Positions 22,914 through 36,649 of a stretch of 64,000 nt of DNA are shown piece by piece. Location: contig OZ024742.1 in NCBI GenBank assembly GCA_964016885.1, forward strand, positions 145,700,001 to 145,764,000. Direction: 5' to 3'. The stretch is from Eledone cirrhosa (Eukaryota). Position 1 is the stretch's first letter; the number at the start of each line of letters is the position of its first letter. The translations under genes were made by a program, and so were the position numbers. A model generated the notes under the pieces. The model saw only the letters and a program-made list of their open reading frames with translations. It did no database searches and was not told the origin of the DNA.

Positions 22914-25094
22914 GTGGTGTGGTGTGATGTTGTAGGGTGTGGTGTGATGTTGTGTGGTGTGGTATGATGTTGTGTGGTGTGGTGTGATGTTGTGATGTGT
23001 GGTGTGATGTTGTGATGTGTGGTGTGATGTTGTAGGGTGTGGTGTGATGTTGTGTGGTGTGGTATGATGTTGTGTGGTGTGGTGTGATGTTGTGTGGTGT
23101 GGTGTGATGTTGTGATGTGTGGTGTGATGTTGTGTGGTGTGGTGTGATGTTGTAGGGTGTGGTGTGATGTTGTGTGATGTGGTATGATGTTGTGTGGTGT
23201 GGTGTGATGTTGTGATGTGTGGTGTGATGTTGTGATGTGTGGTGTGATGTTGTAGGGTGTGGTGTGATGTTGTGTGGTGTGGTGTGATGTTGTGTGATGT
23301 GGTATGATGTTGTGTGGTGTGGTGTGATGTTGTGATGTGTGGTGTGATGTTGTGTGGTGTGGTGTGATGTTGTAGGGTGTGGTGTGATGTTGTGTGGTGT
23401 GGTGTGATATTGTGTGGTGTGGTGTGATGTTGTGTGGTGTGGTGTGATGTTGTGTGGTGTGGTATGATGTTGTGTGGTGTGGTGTGATGTGTGGTGTGGT
23501 GTGATGTTGTGTGGTGTGGTGTGATGTTGTGTGGTGTGGTGTGATGTTGTGTGGTGTGGTATGATGTTGTGTGGTGTGGTGTGATGTGTGGTGTGGTGTG
23601 ATGTGGTGTGATGTTGTGTGGTGTGGTGTGATGTTGTGGGGTGCGGTGTGATGTTGTGTGGTGTGGTGTGATGTTGTGTGGTGTGGTGTGTGGTGTGGTG
23701 CGATGTTGTGGGGTGTGGTGTGGTGTGGTGTGATGTTGTGTGGTGTGATGTTGTGTGGTGTGATGTTGTGTGGTGTGGTGCGATGTTGTGGGGTGTGGTG
23801 TGGTGTGGTATGATGTTGTGTGGTGTGGTGTGATGTTGTGTGGTGTGGTGTGATGTTGTGGGGTGTGGTGTGGTGCGATGTTGTAGGGTGTGGTGTGACA
23901 TTGTGGGGTGTGGTGTGATGTGTGTGGTGTGGTGTGATGTTGTGTGGTGTGGTGTGATGTTGTGTGGTGTGGTGCGATGTTGTGGGGTGTGGTGTGGTGT
24001 GACATTGTGGGGTGTGGTGTGATGTTGTGTGGTGTGGTGTGATGTTGTGGGGTGTGGTGTGATGTTGTGTGGTGTGGTGTGATGTTGTGGGGTGTGGTGT
24101 GGTGTGATGTTGTGTGGTGTGGTGTGGTGTGATGTGTGGTGTGGTGTGATGTTGTGGGGTGTGGTGTGATGTTGTGTGGTGTGGTGTGATGTTGTGTGAT
24201 GTGATGTTGTGTGGTGTGGTGTGATGTTGTGGGGTGTGGTGTGGTGTGATGTGATGTGATGTGATGTTGTGTGATGTTGTGGGGTGGGGTGTGATGTTGT
24301 GGTGTGTGGTGTGATGTTGTGGTGTGTGGTGTGATGTGGTGTGTGGTGTGATGTTGTGTGGTGTGGTGTGATGTTGTGTGGTGTGGTGTGATGTTGTGTG
24401 GTGTGGTGTGATGTTGTGTGGTGTGGTGCGATGTTGTGGGGTGTGGTGTGGTGTGACATTGTGGGGTGTGGTGTGATGTTGTGTGGTGTGGTGTGATTAT
24501 GTGGGGTGTGGTGTGATGTTGTGTGGTGTGGTGTGATGTTGTGGGGTGTGGTGTGGTGTGATGTTGTGTGGTGTGGTGTGGTGTGATGTGTGGTGTGGTG
24601 TGATGTTGTGGGGTGTGGTGTGATGTTGTGTGGTGTGGTGTGATGTTGTGTGATGTGATGTTGTGTGGTGTGGTGTGATGTTGTGGGGTGTGGTGTGGTG
24701 TGATGTGATGTGATGTGATGTTGTGTGATGTTGTGGGGTGGGGTGTGATGTTGTGGTGTGTGGTGTGATGTTGTGGTGTGTGGTGTGATGTGGTGTGTGG
24801 TGTGATGTTGTGTGGTGTGGTGTGATGTTGTGTGGTGTGATGTTGTGTGGTGTGGTGCGATGTGGTGTGATGTTGTAGGGTGTGGTGTGATGTTGTGTGG
24901 TGTGATGTGATATGACATAATGTGGTGTGATGTGATGTTGTGTGGTGTGGTGTGATGTTGTGGGGTGCGGTGTGATGTTGTGGGGTGGGGTGTGGTGTGA
25001 TGTTGTGTGGTGTGATGTTGTGTGGTGTGGTGTGATGTTGTGGGGTGTGGTGTGATATTGTGGGGTGTGGTGTGATGTTGTGGGGTGTGGTGTG
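22914..25094. repeat. G/T-rich minisatellite, ~20-bp unit GTGGTGTGGTGTGATGTTGT built from pentamers
   Basis: Direct reading. The His/Thr-rich ORFs across it are repeat artefacts. Confidence 0.97.
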
Positions 25095-25251
25095 AAATCC
25101 ATGGAGACCTCCAATGGAAAAGTCAAGTTCATCAGAAAGCATTTTCCTTTCCTAGGACTAAAAGTCCCAGGAACGGCAAAATATATTGCCATATGCTAGC
25201 TAGCACAGGATCGAACATATATATACATACACATATATATATGTATTTTTA

Positions 25252-25922
25252 TATGTTAAGTATTTCCATGGAAAAGGTAAAGGAAAGAAGAGTGCTCTAT
25301 GTAAAGTACAGAGCTATTTCATTTCATTTCATTTTAAGTCCGCTTTTCCCTGCTTGCAAAGGTGGGACAGGAACTGATTCTGGCTTGATTTCTACAGCTG
25401 GATGCCCTTCTTAACACCAACCTCATTTACAGTGAGTGCTGGGTGCTTTTTTGCCGTGGCACCTCCACGACCACTTTGCAGTGGAATGATAGGGACCCCA
25501 GTCTCGATCATCTCATTTCTACAGCTGAGTAAACTGGAGCAATGTGAAATAAAGTGCTTTGCTCAAGGAAACAACACATCACCCGGTCTGAGAATTGAAC
25601 TCACAACCTTTTGATTGCAAAGCCAATGCTCTAACCACTAAGCCATGTGCCTCCATGTACAGAGCTATTTAATTATATAATAAACAACACAATATAATTA
25701 TTCTATTACCCAAGATTTCATGAAGTCAGACGATTCCAACAGGAGCATCCGAAGTCGTTCATCAGAAGGAATCTTTTAGACAAACATTTTCTCCGACAAC
25801 ATAGATGCAATAAAATCTTTAATAGGAATTTAATTAAAATTAGCGGCTTCAGACGCCTCTGTTAGAATTGTCTGACTTCGTGAAACCTTGGGTAATGGAA
25901 TATTGTGTTGTTTATTACATAA
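25252..25922. mobile_element. Penelope-like pLTR remnant: inverted tail and hammerhead, plus a tail-less sense copy; split by a SINE
   Basis: 25254-25319 is a reverse-complement homolog of 42925-42988. Minus-strand CTGATGA...GAAA-tcttggg-TA at ~25701-25771. Sense partial copy at 25842-25922. Confidence 0.65.
25320..25656 (-). mobile_element. SINE family 1, full length, with 14-bp TSD
   Basis: TSD GTACAGAGCTATTT at 25306-25319 and 25657-25670. Confidence 0.9.
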
Positions 25923-26098
25923 ACAAATATATGTATTTATATACATTAACACCTTTATATACATATATATACTCAAACACACACACACACATATATATAT
26001 ACATACACACATATATACACAGACACATGTATATAAATACATACATATATAGATATACATACATACATGCATATATATACACACACACACACATATAT

Positions 26099-26160
<62 letters not shown>

Positions 26161-26331
26161 CTTTTCGTTGCTTCACCATCTTTGTTTGTTTACACTCTCG
26201 TATCCCCTTTATTTACGTGTCCCAACGACTTTTTTTAGCTGTTGCTCGCACCAACCGGAGGTATATGGTCTTTAAAGCGATGAAATACCTATGATAGTTG
26301 GAAGATCACTGATGAAGGACAAACTTTATTC

Positions 26332-26366
<35 letters not shown>

Positions 26367-26530
26367 TATATATATATATACATACATATATACATATATA
26401 TACATATATATATATACTCTTTTACTCTTTAAACCTATGCCATCCATCCGGCTGAGGCCATGCTGGGGCACCACCGTTGATGCTACACGTTCTATCTCCA
26501 GCCCGTGTTGGCTGGCACATATATATGCAT

Positions 26531-26611
<81 letters not shown>

Positions 26612-26794
26612 TATAAATACATATACATATACATATATACATACATATTATGAATAGTTTAATAGTGTTCAACAAAGAATCTCCACACTCCCAGCTAATA
26701 AGGAAATTTTCGATTGTAAAAACTATATATAGTTTTTAAGCTATTTTATTTCTAAATCGTTAATAAACTAAATAGAACAAATAAGTATTATAAT

Positions 26795-26981
26795 TGTTTC
26801 TACTTTTGGCACAAGGCCAGCAATTACCCCAGTGCATTACTGGTACTTTATTTTATCGACCCCGTAAGGATGAAAGGCAAAGCTAACCTCGGTGGGATTT
26901 GAACTCAGATCGTAAAGGCCCGTAATTCCATGCTGCAAAGCATGGCGTCCAACCCTCTACCGATACTGTCAATCCACCGCC
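26795..26981 (-). mobile_element. SINE family 2 with TSD
   Basis: TSD AATAAGTATTATAAT at 26780-26794 and 26982-26996. Confidence 0.88.
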
Positions 26982-27062
26982 AATAAGTATTATAATATTT
27001 GTTCATTATAACTTTTACATCTATTTTAACTTTAATTAGTATATAAGTGAATTCATTTTAAT

Positions 27063-27446
27063 ATCATCATCGTCATCATCATTTTACGTCCGCTTTTCCC
27101 CGTTTGCAAGAGTGGGACGGAAACTGATTCTGGCTTGATTTCTACTGCTGGATGCCCTTCCTAACACCAACCTCATTTACAGTGTGGGCTGGGTGCTTTT
27201 TTTCCGTGGTGCCTACATGTCCACTTTACAGTGTGGGCTGGGTGCTTTTTTGCCGTGGCACCTCCACGACCACTTTGCAGTGGAATGATAGGGACCTCAG
27301 TCCTTTCATCTCATTTCTACAGATGAGTAAACTGGAGCAATGTGAAATAAAGTGTCTTGCTCAAGGAAACAACACATCACCCGGTCTGAGAATTGAACTC
27401 ACAACCTTTCGATTGCAAGCCCAATGCTCTAACCACTAAGCCATGT
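27063..27446 (-). mobile_element. SINE family 1 copy
   Basis: Homologous to 10152-10538. Confidence 0.85.
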
Positions 27447-28089
27447 TGACAAATTAAGATATAATACATGCATTTTCCTTTTAACTAATTAGGCTACAAC
27501 AAATACATCTTTTCCTTTGAATCAATTGATTAACCCCATAACTTTATAACCTAGCCAGTTATAAAAATAACAATGCCAATTGTTAAATATTTTGTTTCCA
27601 CTCTCATAATATCTACTAAATTAAATTGTAAACATAAAGTAAGATAGATTGTCTACAAAATTAGTAATTTATAAATTTGTTTCTCTCTTATATAGTTACA
27701 TTATTACTTTAGCATCTTCGAATATATTTTTTAGTATAGTATCTAATTTAATCTAACATAAGTTATAAAGAAATAGACTATTTCGGTCAATATTTGTTTT
27801 TGTTTTTATTTGTTTTACCAATCCCGTATCATCATAATGTCAATACCAACTGTAATATTTCTCCCACTCATATAATATCTTCTGTGTTGAGGTTGTTTCT
27901 CTATCCCATATGCTTGCCGGCCATGGATCTGAACAGCTCGTCTGACAATCTGCATATCCAATGATTTCTACATCTCCGTGGATTTTATCTGAAGGGAACA
28001 TGTTTTGGCTTATGTTATACATAAGCCTTGCATCTTCGAAATACATGTAACAAAATAAATTGGGATGGAGTAAAGTAACTGTCTTTCGT

Positions 28090-28407
28090 TTTGGCAGTAT
28101 CGGTAGAGGGTCGGACGCCATGCTTTGACGTATAGAGTTACGGCCCTTGCCATTCTGAGTTCAAATCCCGCCGAGGTTAACTTTGCCTTTCATACTTACG
28201 GGGTCGATAAAATAAAGTACCAGTAATGCACTGGATAATTGCTGGCCTTTTGCCAAACGTAGAAACAATTATTATTATGGTCTGAGTTCAAATCCCGCCG
28301 AGGTTAACTTTGCCTTTCATCTTTACGGGGTCGTTAAAATAAAGTACCGGTAATACACTGGGTAATTTGCTGGCCTTGCGCCAAAAGTAGAAACAATTAT
28401 TATTATA
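28090..28407 (+). mobile_element. Two tandem SINE family 2 copies, the second 5'-truncated
   Basis: Core repeated at ~28155-28275 and ~28280-28405. Confidence 0.8.
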
Positions 28408-28498
28408 ATAAAACTCCGAATAAACATAAACTGTTGAGTGCTTGACATCTGTTAAATGAAAAAGAGTTAGTTGATTTACAATCAGCTGACTTTTATAT

Positions 28499-28542
<44 letters not shown>

Positions 28543-29454
28543 TTTATATATATACATTCATATACTGTTAAAATAGTTGTCAAGGGGAGGTAACCCGATC
28601 AAATAATTTCTTTAGGAGTCACTCCCGAAAATAATTGTAAAATTACACACATACACAACACCATGTCCGAACACAAAGGAACCAAACTCCCACTGTCATC
28701 GCCTTCGTCTCTCCAGCCCTCTCATTATTTATAATGTTATTTATGCAACGGAGAATTATTCGTTACATGTAATCAAAATATTCCAGCATTTTTCTATGGG
28801 TTGATGTCCCTTGACCAATCTCTGTATATATTCCACGGACTTTGCTTCTTTTTCTTAACGTTGTTGGTGAGATATGTTTTATATTGGTATAATCTCTGTT
28901 CTTTGATAGTTGTGGTTTCTTGGTTTCGGTTATATTTTCCCTGTACATCTTTTGTTGCTGACTGTGCTTTTTCTTCGAAAAGGGATTATCTGGAGCACAT
29001 TCTTTCTTAAATTCTACCTTGTACTTGAAAAAACAGTTTCCAATCTTTTCCCTATCTTTAGAGGGATACCAATTCGGCATTTTGACTCTCTCGTTTCCAT
29101 AGTTTTCTAGATATTTTCTAATAGTACCCCATAAACTATTTTTTGAAAATTCCACTTGTATTTTTTCGTGTATACTATTATATTTCTGTTCAATGGCTCA
29201 TCATCTCAATCGTATGATTTCATTTTCCATATTTATTTTCTTTAGGGAAATTCCAGGAGTATTCTTTGCTGTTCTAGCTCAAACGATTTTGCCAATTCAA
29301 TAATTTCTATCATAGACACAATGTCAGAAATAAACAAACTCCAGTACGTGACTAATATGTTATAGCTATATAAAATGTTTTGTTTTTTTTCACGTTACCT
29401 CTACAGAACAAAGAAATTGAGATGTTTTTATTTCGATTTAGTTTCGGCTTAAAC

Positions 29455-29509
<55 letters not shown>

Positions 29510-31559
29510 AAAGTTAAACAAGGTTCAATGAATACATCAAAGAATGTGTTTTACAATAGATTGGAAGCACTCAACAAAACAAATAATTTATATGGGATAA
29601 ATAAAGAAGAATATAATAATTTGATTTTAAAAGAACTAAGGAAAAATTATAAAAAAAGCCCCGGCTGAAGATCTTACAGACATCAATAATGATGCATATA
29701 AATTAATTGCAAAGTTAGGAATTGAAGGAAGAACCGAGCCTCTTATACCTAGACAGCCGAGGATCAATTTTAAAGATCACAAAAGAAACTTTGAGGAAGA
29801 CCTGCCAGTTAGACTGATTGCTCCATCTAAATCGGATATTGGAGTAATCAGTAAATATATTATTGATAGAATTCTACCTATTTTGAAATTGAGGTCTAAA
29901 TTGAGCTTGTGGAAGGATACAAATGAAGTGATTGAACGATATAAAAATATAGATGATAAGAAAAACCATAAATTCATCCAGATGGACATAACAAGCTATT
30001 ACTCTTCCATTACGCCTAACCTACTAAATAAGGCTTTATCATACGCTTACAAACATACAGATCTAACTACGGATGAAATTGATATCATATTAACTGCTAG
30101 AAGAACTCTAATTAACTTCAACAATGAGTATTGGACCCGCTCAGATAGAAATAGAAACTTCGACATTACCATGGGATCATCGGACTCAGCGCAAGTCACG
30201 GATCTCTGGGGATTTTCATCTTAAATATGATAAATAGAAAACTGCCGGAGATTACCGGTGGTTTATGGACGATATTTTATTTACGGTTGTTAAACACAAC
30301 AATATAGAACTAAATAGGGTAAAGAAAAATATAATTGAATTCTTTAAAAATTACGACCTTAAACTAAAGGTAGAAAGTGGCACCAAAATAGTTAATTTCC
30401 TTGATGTTACCCTTAACTTAAACTCTGGTTTTTATTACCCTTTCCATAAGCCCAATGAAAACTTAAATTACGTTAGTTATTACTCTAATCACCCTAAATC
30501 TGTGAAAAAAGCAATTGTAAATAGTGTACAAAAACGCATAAATGGAATATCTGCCAATAAATCAATATTTGATGAAAAAGCAGGATATTACAATGATGCG
30601 CTAAAAAAGGCAGGTTATAAAAAATAATATAAAATATATAGACAATAATAATCCGAGTCTTAATCCTAATAAAAATAATGGCATATATAAACGAAATTCT
30701 AAAAATTCTAATAATTGTAATTCAAACACCTGTACTGTGAATAAATCGGGAAAAAGAACCAGAACTAAATCAGTTATATGGTTTGCCCCCCCCCCCCCTC
30801 TCACCCGCCTCTGTAGCAGTAAGAACACCAATAGCTAATCTATTTTTTAAAGCTTTAGATAGTTCATTCCCTAGTCAACATAAATACTACTCCATATTTA
30901 ATAGACACACAATTAAACTGTCTTATTCTACAACTATGAATATGGCCCAAAACATCGCCTAAATAAACAGTATAATTCTAAACCAAAATCAACATAATGC
31001 TATTAATAATAGTGTTAATATAAATAATAATAAATCGAAATGTAATTGTAGAAATAAACCAGATTGCCCTCTGCAAAATAATTGTCTGGATAGAAATCTG
31101 GTGTATAAATGCACCGTAAAAACAAATAACAACACATACAACTACATAGGAGCAACTTCTTCGACATTTAAATCGAGATTTGCGAATAACAAATGCTCAT
31201 TTTCGAATTTTAATAGTAAGTCTTCGACTTCTTTATCACAACTTATATGGTTATTAAAAGACAAAAATTTAAAATACTCGATCTTTTGGACGAAGCTTTA
31301 TAATAGTAAAATTTATACAAACTCATCTATATCAATTAACTGCAACCTCTGCACAAAGGAGACCCTATTAATAATTACTAATTATGAAAACTTAATTAAC
31401 AAAAAAAGTGAATTATTCTCAAACTGCCTTCATAAAGCTTTGTCTACATTCCAAGCCTCGCAAAAAGTCAGGAAAAAACAGTAAACAATCAGGCCTTAAT
31501 TTTTGATGTCTCTTATCAACTGTTGGACCTAAAAAGTCATAACGGTTTATAAAACTTTA

Positions 31560-31745
31560 ATAATTGTTTCTACTTTAGGCACAAGGCCAGCAATTACCCA
31601 GTGCATTACTGGTACTTTATTTTATCGACCCCGTAAGGATGAAAGGCAAAGTCAACCTCGGCGGGATTTGAACTCAGATCGTAAAGGGACGTAACTATGC
31701 TGGAAAGCATGGCGTCCGACCCTCTACCGATACTGCCAATCCACC
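31560..31745 (-). mobile_element. SINE family 2 copy, apparently identical to 16961-17145
   Basis: Reverse complement matches by eye. Short TSD ctttaataat. Confidence 0.88.
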
Positions 31746-32147
31746 TTTAATAATGCTTTATCTTCTAATCATTTATGATAGAATTAATGTTAGAATGAAG
31801 GATACTCTTTTGATAAATTGTTTACTTGATAAATATGCATACCTTATGATTTTTTTTGGATATTTATAATTTTGATTCAGATCGTTATTTATCTGTTTTA
31901 AATATATAGTTTGGATATTTAACTTGTAAATTTACTGATTATAATTGAACTGTGGATCATTCATGCGTTTGCATATTTTACATATTTTACTCATTTTGAG
32001 TATGTTTTGGGGGACTCAGAAAGTTAGATTTGCATTTATTTTTTTATATATATATAGGTATAAATATAACAAACCATAATAGCCGACAAATATTTGTCTA
32101 TCTCTCCACTGAACTGGAGGTAAAACTACAATTATAGCATTATTAAT

Positions 32148-32335
32148 AATTGTTTCTACTTTTGGCGCAAGGCCAGCAATTACCAGTGTATTACTGGTAC
32201 ATTATTTTATCGACCCCATAAGGATGAAAGGCAAAGTTAACCTCGGCGTGATTTGAACTCAGAATGGGAAGGGCCGTAACTCCATGCGTCAAAGCATGGC
32301 GTCCGACCCTCTACCGATACTGCCAATCCACCGCC
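32148..32335 (-). mobile_element. SINE family 2 copy with TSD
   Basis: TSD atagcatta(t/c)taataat on both sides. Confidence 0.85.
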
Positions 32336-34528
32336 ATAGCATTACTAATAATGATTATAATTATTATTTTTTATTAAAGGTATACCGTTTCATTAATACC
32401 TATAATAATATCTCTATATAGTTGTACAAATATCTTTATCTAGTGTAATAACATAATCGTAGTTACATTTATAAATAATTTAGACACTCAAATGACTCTA
32501 TATTGTTATAAGTGTTTGATATTCCCTGGAAGTTCGAACTTATATAATGATTTTTACTTAATATAATATAATTTAATTTAACTTATTTTATTTTATTTTA
32601 ATTAAATTTAGATTATCTTCGGCTTTTTCAAATATTTAGCTCCTCTTTATATCACATTCGCTAAAATATTTTAGATGTATCTTTTGTATACTATATTAAA
32701 ACCCTATTACATATATAATATATTTTTAATATTGGGCATCTTTAAGTTTCGCAAACAATTCATTTTCTTTTATTTGTATATTTATTTTGTATCTAGCCCC
32801 TATCATTAGGACTCATATGATTTTGACTTATATGTTTATAGTATATATCAACTAAATGAAAATAATTGATATAAAACAGTAATTCTTTAGCAATATTTTT
32901 TAACAATATTTTTTAACTATATATATTTTTTTAACATTAATACAATAACAGAGAAAGCTTTACGCTAAACTCCGACTGGTAACCATCTCACTCAACAAAC
33001 ATGAGGTTATACGTTAGTATAAACCCAATTTAGTGTCTGGGGTGCTAACTATATGTATTTTGTGGAAAGCCAGTTGTATTATTTTATATGAGATATAATT
33101 AAAATTAAAATATATCTCTCTTTCCAAACAATTGTTTCATTATAAGTATTCTACAAGTTGGGAGAATATTTCCAGTTTATGTAGAAGCCTAATATATTTT
33201 CATGTAAGAATATAATTAGGTGGGCACTTATAAATCGTCAGTGGAAGCCCATTAAACTTTGATATAAGAAAAAACTTCTTACCGCAGTTAATTTTCGTGT
33301 CTGCCAATTTGTCCCTTCACGCATCGAATGACCGCCAAATTTGAAATTCCAGCAGTCCTTTGACTGAGGAAGTATCATAGCGTCACGAAGCGGGAAAGGG
33401 AGACAATCACGAGTCACGAGAAAAGAAAAATAATATACACGTGGGTTAATTAGTTTTTTCAAAAACATTATTAATCCTTCGTGTTAAGAACTCAATTAAT
33501 TTTTAAAAAATAAATGTATGCGTGTATTAATTACACACACATATAGATATTTTCTTAGGCTAAAAACAGAGAAGTGATATCTGAATAACGAACAATATCT
33601 CACAACTGTAACAAATACGGAAAGTTACGCCTTAAACAATATTTTCAGTAACTTATTTACTATATTGTATTATTGTATTATTGTATTATATTATATATAT
33701 TTGAAAGGTATCACCTCAATTATAAACAAATAATAAACTATAATCCTTGTATTTTTTTATCAACACATATATATATAATTAAAAATTCGGACTTCTTTAA
33801 GTCTAGTTATAAGGCCGGTTGATCCTTTAGGCACTAAAAATATTTAACAATAAATTCTTTAATAATTATAACTATAATTATTTTATAAATTATATTTTAT
33901 AAATTATATTATATAAACTGTTATCAATATTATAAATAAGTTTGGTAAAGATTACCTTCGTGAGGGTATAAAAGCATATATTTTCTTTCTCGCGTTTCGT
34001 AAATCCTTAAAATTTGTTTTCATAAAATTTGAATTTTAGAAATTAAACATAATTATAATAATAATACAAATACCTATTAACTTTTAAAACCTAAAATATT
34101 ATTCATTACTCTGAAATAACTTAAATTAAATATTTTGAAAATTAACGGCCATCTATATTAATTTGGATATGTGTTGCATATATGGAAATCTGTATATAAG
34201 CTTGAACATAAATTACTCCTCTTTGTCTCTCTCTCTCTCTTTAATCATCTTTCATCTGTATTTTCAAGCCACCTACTAAATATATTATCACATCAGCTGT
34301 TTCTTCCTCTATGCTTTCCTTTCCCTCCTCTTTCTCCAGAATTTTATAACTGTTATATTGATGCCATGTATTTTTTAAGCTGTATTACATGCACCCACTC
34401 TATTGTTTGTATTATGTTATCTCATGTTCTCAATATTAGGGTATAAATATTGAGTTTTGTCATAAGTTAATCACTACCATGACTGAATCTTAACCATCTA
34501 CTATGTCAGGGTATGTCATGCATCATGT

Positions 34529-34595
34529 TATTTTATCTGATGAGGACGTACTGTTTAACTTAACTCAGTACCTCTGAAATATGTATAATAAAATA
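34529..34595 (+). ncRNA. Minimal type I hammerhead ribozyme
   Basis: tattttat-CTGATGA-ggacgtactg...cagtacctct-GAAA-tatgta-TA-ataaaata. Confidence 0.82.
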
Positions 34596-34635
34596 TAATT
34601 GATCATAAGAATATCTATTTTGTTAATATTTTGAA

Positions 34636-34714
<79 letters not shown>

Positions 34715-35700
34715 CTCAGCTCTTAGTCCGGCTTGTTCCATCGGGAACATAAGTCACCGAAATTATCTCCAATGTTGTCGGTCAGTGGCAGCTCGATGAC
34801 ATCCGTGCCAGGTGATGTTGACGGTTTGTAGGTCACTTTGTAATGTCCGTCGCCAGGTCATCTTCGGCCCGTTTCTTTTCAGCTTGACTTCGTGGAAAGT
34901 CCCCGTCATCGCCGTTTTGGACAGGCGATGTTGTGGGAGTCGCAGAATGTGACCCGCTAAACGGAACAGGCGCCCTGTGGCGATCTCCTACGGTGTATGC
35001 GACCCTGCTCTCCGCATGATGTCTTTGTTCTTCTCGCTAGGTGACCTTTGATGGAAAGTGTTGGCAGTGTGTTTACGCGTTTCGAAGGCGTAGATGGCCG
35101 TGGGAAGTGCAATGCTGGTGTACAAGTGCAGCTTGATGTATGAGCTGATGACTATGTGACTATGTTTGACAAAAACGAGTGCATCCGCTGGAACACAGCG
35201 GTCACTGTTCCAATCCAGCAGTTGATGTCCAGCTTCATGTCAAGGTATGTGAAGTGGTCGACCTCGTCCTCTCCTGTTGGTTTACCTTAACTGTAGCCAC
35301 CTGGTCGCTTACCACCTTCATAACCTTGGTCTTTTTGGTGTTGATTCATAACCCGATTTTCACAGAGTTTTTCTGTAGGGAGGTTGATAGCTCTTGCAGG
35401 TTTGTACTGTCCTCATATAGCAAGGCGATGTTGTCGGCAAAATCCAGGTCTTTCAGCCTTGATTTCGCTATCCACAAAATCCTCGACCGGCTCCGTCGAC
35501 AGTCTTTTTCCATATAAAATCAGCTGCCAGCAGGAACAGCAGAGGAAAGATGATGCAACCTTGTCTGACCCTGGATATGATGTCGAGGAACTCCGTTGTA
35601 TCTGATTCTGTTCTCACGCAACAGTTCAAGTTAGCGTACAGGCCTTTGAAGATGGTGATGAAACTCTGTGGAATGCCATACGGGCACACAGTGTTCCATA
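34715..35700 (-). mobile_element. Old RTE LINE RT/3' fragment (different family)
   Basis: Remnants YGIPQSFITIFKGLY, VRQGCIIFPLLF, LDFADNIALL and AGHILRLP. Confidence 0.8.
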
Positions 35701-36389
35701 GCGTGTGTGTGCGTGTTTATGTTTATGTCCCATAACATAGCGATTTGACAAACAGAGATCTATTAAACATGTACCAGATTTGAAAATAAATTATAAATTC
35801 TGGAGTCAATATGATATATATGATCGATTAAATCCTTTGTAAGTGGTGTTCCAGCATGGCCCTAGTCTAATGACTGAAACTAGTAAAAGAATAAAGAATA
35901 TATCAGACTGTATTATCGAATATGTTCCACATTTTGAAAATACAGTATGGTGAGATTTGGGGAATGTTTAGCTACTGTTTCTAGCAGATTGAGAGAACTA
36001 AAGGCTCCCTAATTGGTGTTCGTTATTGAGAATTTCGTTATTTCAGAGGTTTACTGTACAACATTCTTTCGGAATCATTGTCTGTTTAGTGATCTAATAG
36101 GGACTAGTGTTTCAGTTACATATTTTTGTTTATATCGATTTAATTACAGAACAGAAATACAGCTGCTGTATGAATAAACATGTTTGTCAGTTATGTTAGA
36201 CTAATGAGAAGGGAGATAACTATTAAAAAAAACTCGTGGCTCTATGTAAAACACAAGTTACCTACCTTTGTTCATTTTATACAGTTTTCCTCTACTTGCT
36301 AAAATCTCCATGGATGCACGACATTTTTTTATCATGAGACTGAGGGTTCTTTAACCTTGGATATTTATATCAAGCTTATATGTATGTAT

Positions 36390-36632
36390 ATCATCATCAT
36401 CATCATCATCACCATCATCGTTTAACGTCCATCTTCCACGCTAGCTTGGGTTGGACGGGAATTGTTCCACTTGAGGCAAGATTGGTCAGGTGACCGTGTC
36501 TTACTCGTATAAGACTGTATCTGGCAGGTTTTCTGCGGCTGGATGCCCTTCCTAACACCAACCACATTTACAGTGTGGACTGGGAGCATTTTTACCGTGT
36601 CTCCTACACAACCACTTTACAGCATGGACTGA
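36390..36632 (-). mobile_element. RTE 3' UTR / SINE tail fragment
   Basis: Matches 58527-58745 and ends in (CAT)n. Confidence 0.75.
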
Positions 36633-36649
36633 GTGAGAGAGAGTGAGTT

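Larger units (their letters stand above)
29508..34640 (+). mobile_element. Decayed, 5'-truncated Penelope-like element with a long AT-rich 3' region ending in a hammerhead
   Basis: Frameshifted RT (RLIAPSKSDIG, MDITSYYSSI, TMGSSDSAQVTDL, FLDVTLNL) and GIY-YIG (YKC...YIGAT, CNLCTKE...LINKKSELFSNCLH) at ~29580-31484. Inverted tail at 29509-29572. The 3' limit is inferred from the hammerhead and (TA)n. Confidence 0.8.

Noticed and set aside
22888-25192. 676-744-aa His/Thr-rich ORFs
   Set aside because: They are translations of a satellite, open in several frames, with no splice or domain evidence.
28763-29155. 130-aa minus-strand ORF
   Set aside because: No recognisable motif; it may be a decayed element fragment but I cannot assign it.
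33370-33420. CTGAGGA...GAAA hammerhead candidate
   Set aside because: No convincing stem I, II or III pairing.
36260-36360. Possible upstream non-coding exon of the sulfotransferase (minus-strand donor-like AAAG|gtaggt)
   Set aside because: Only a donor-like motif; it cannot be supported without transcripts.
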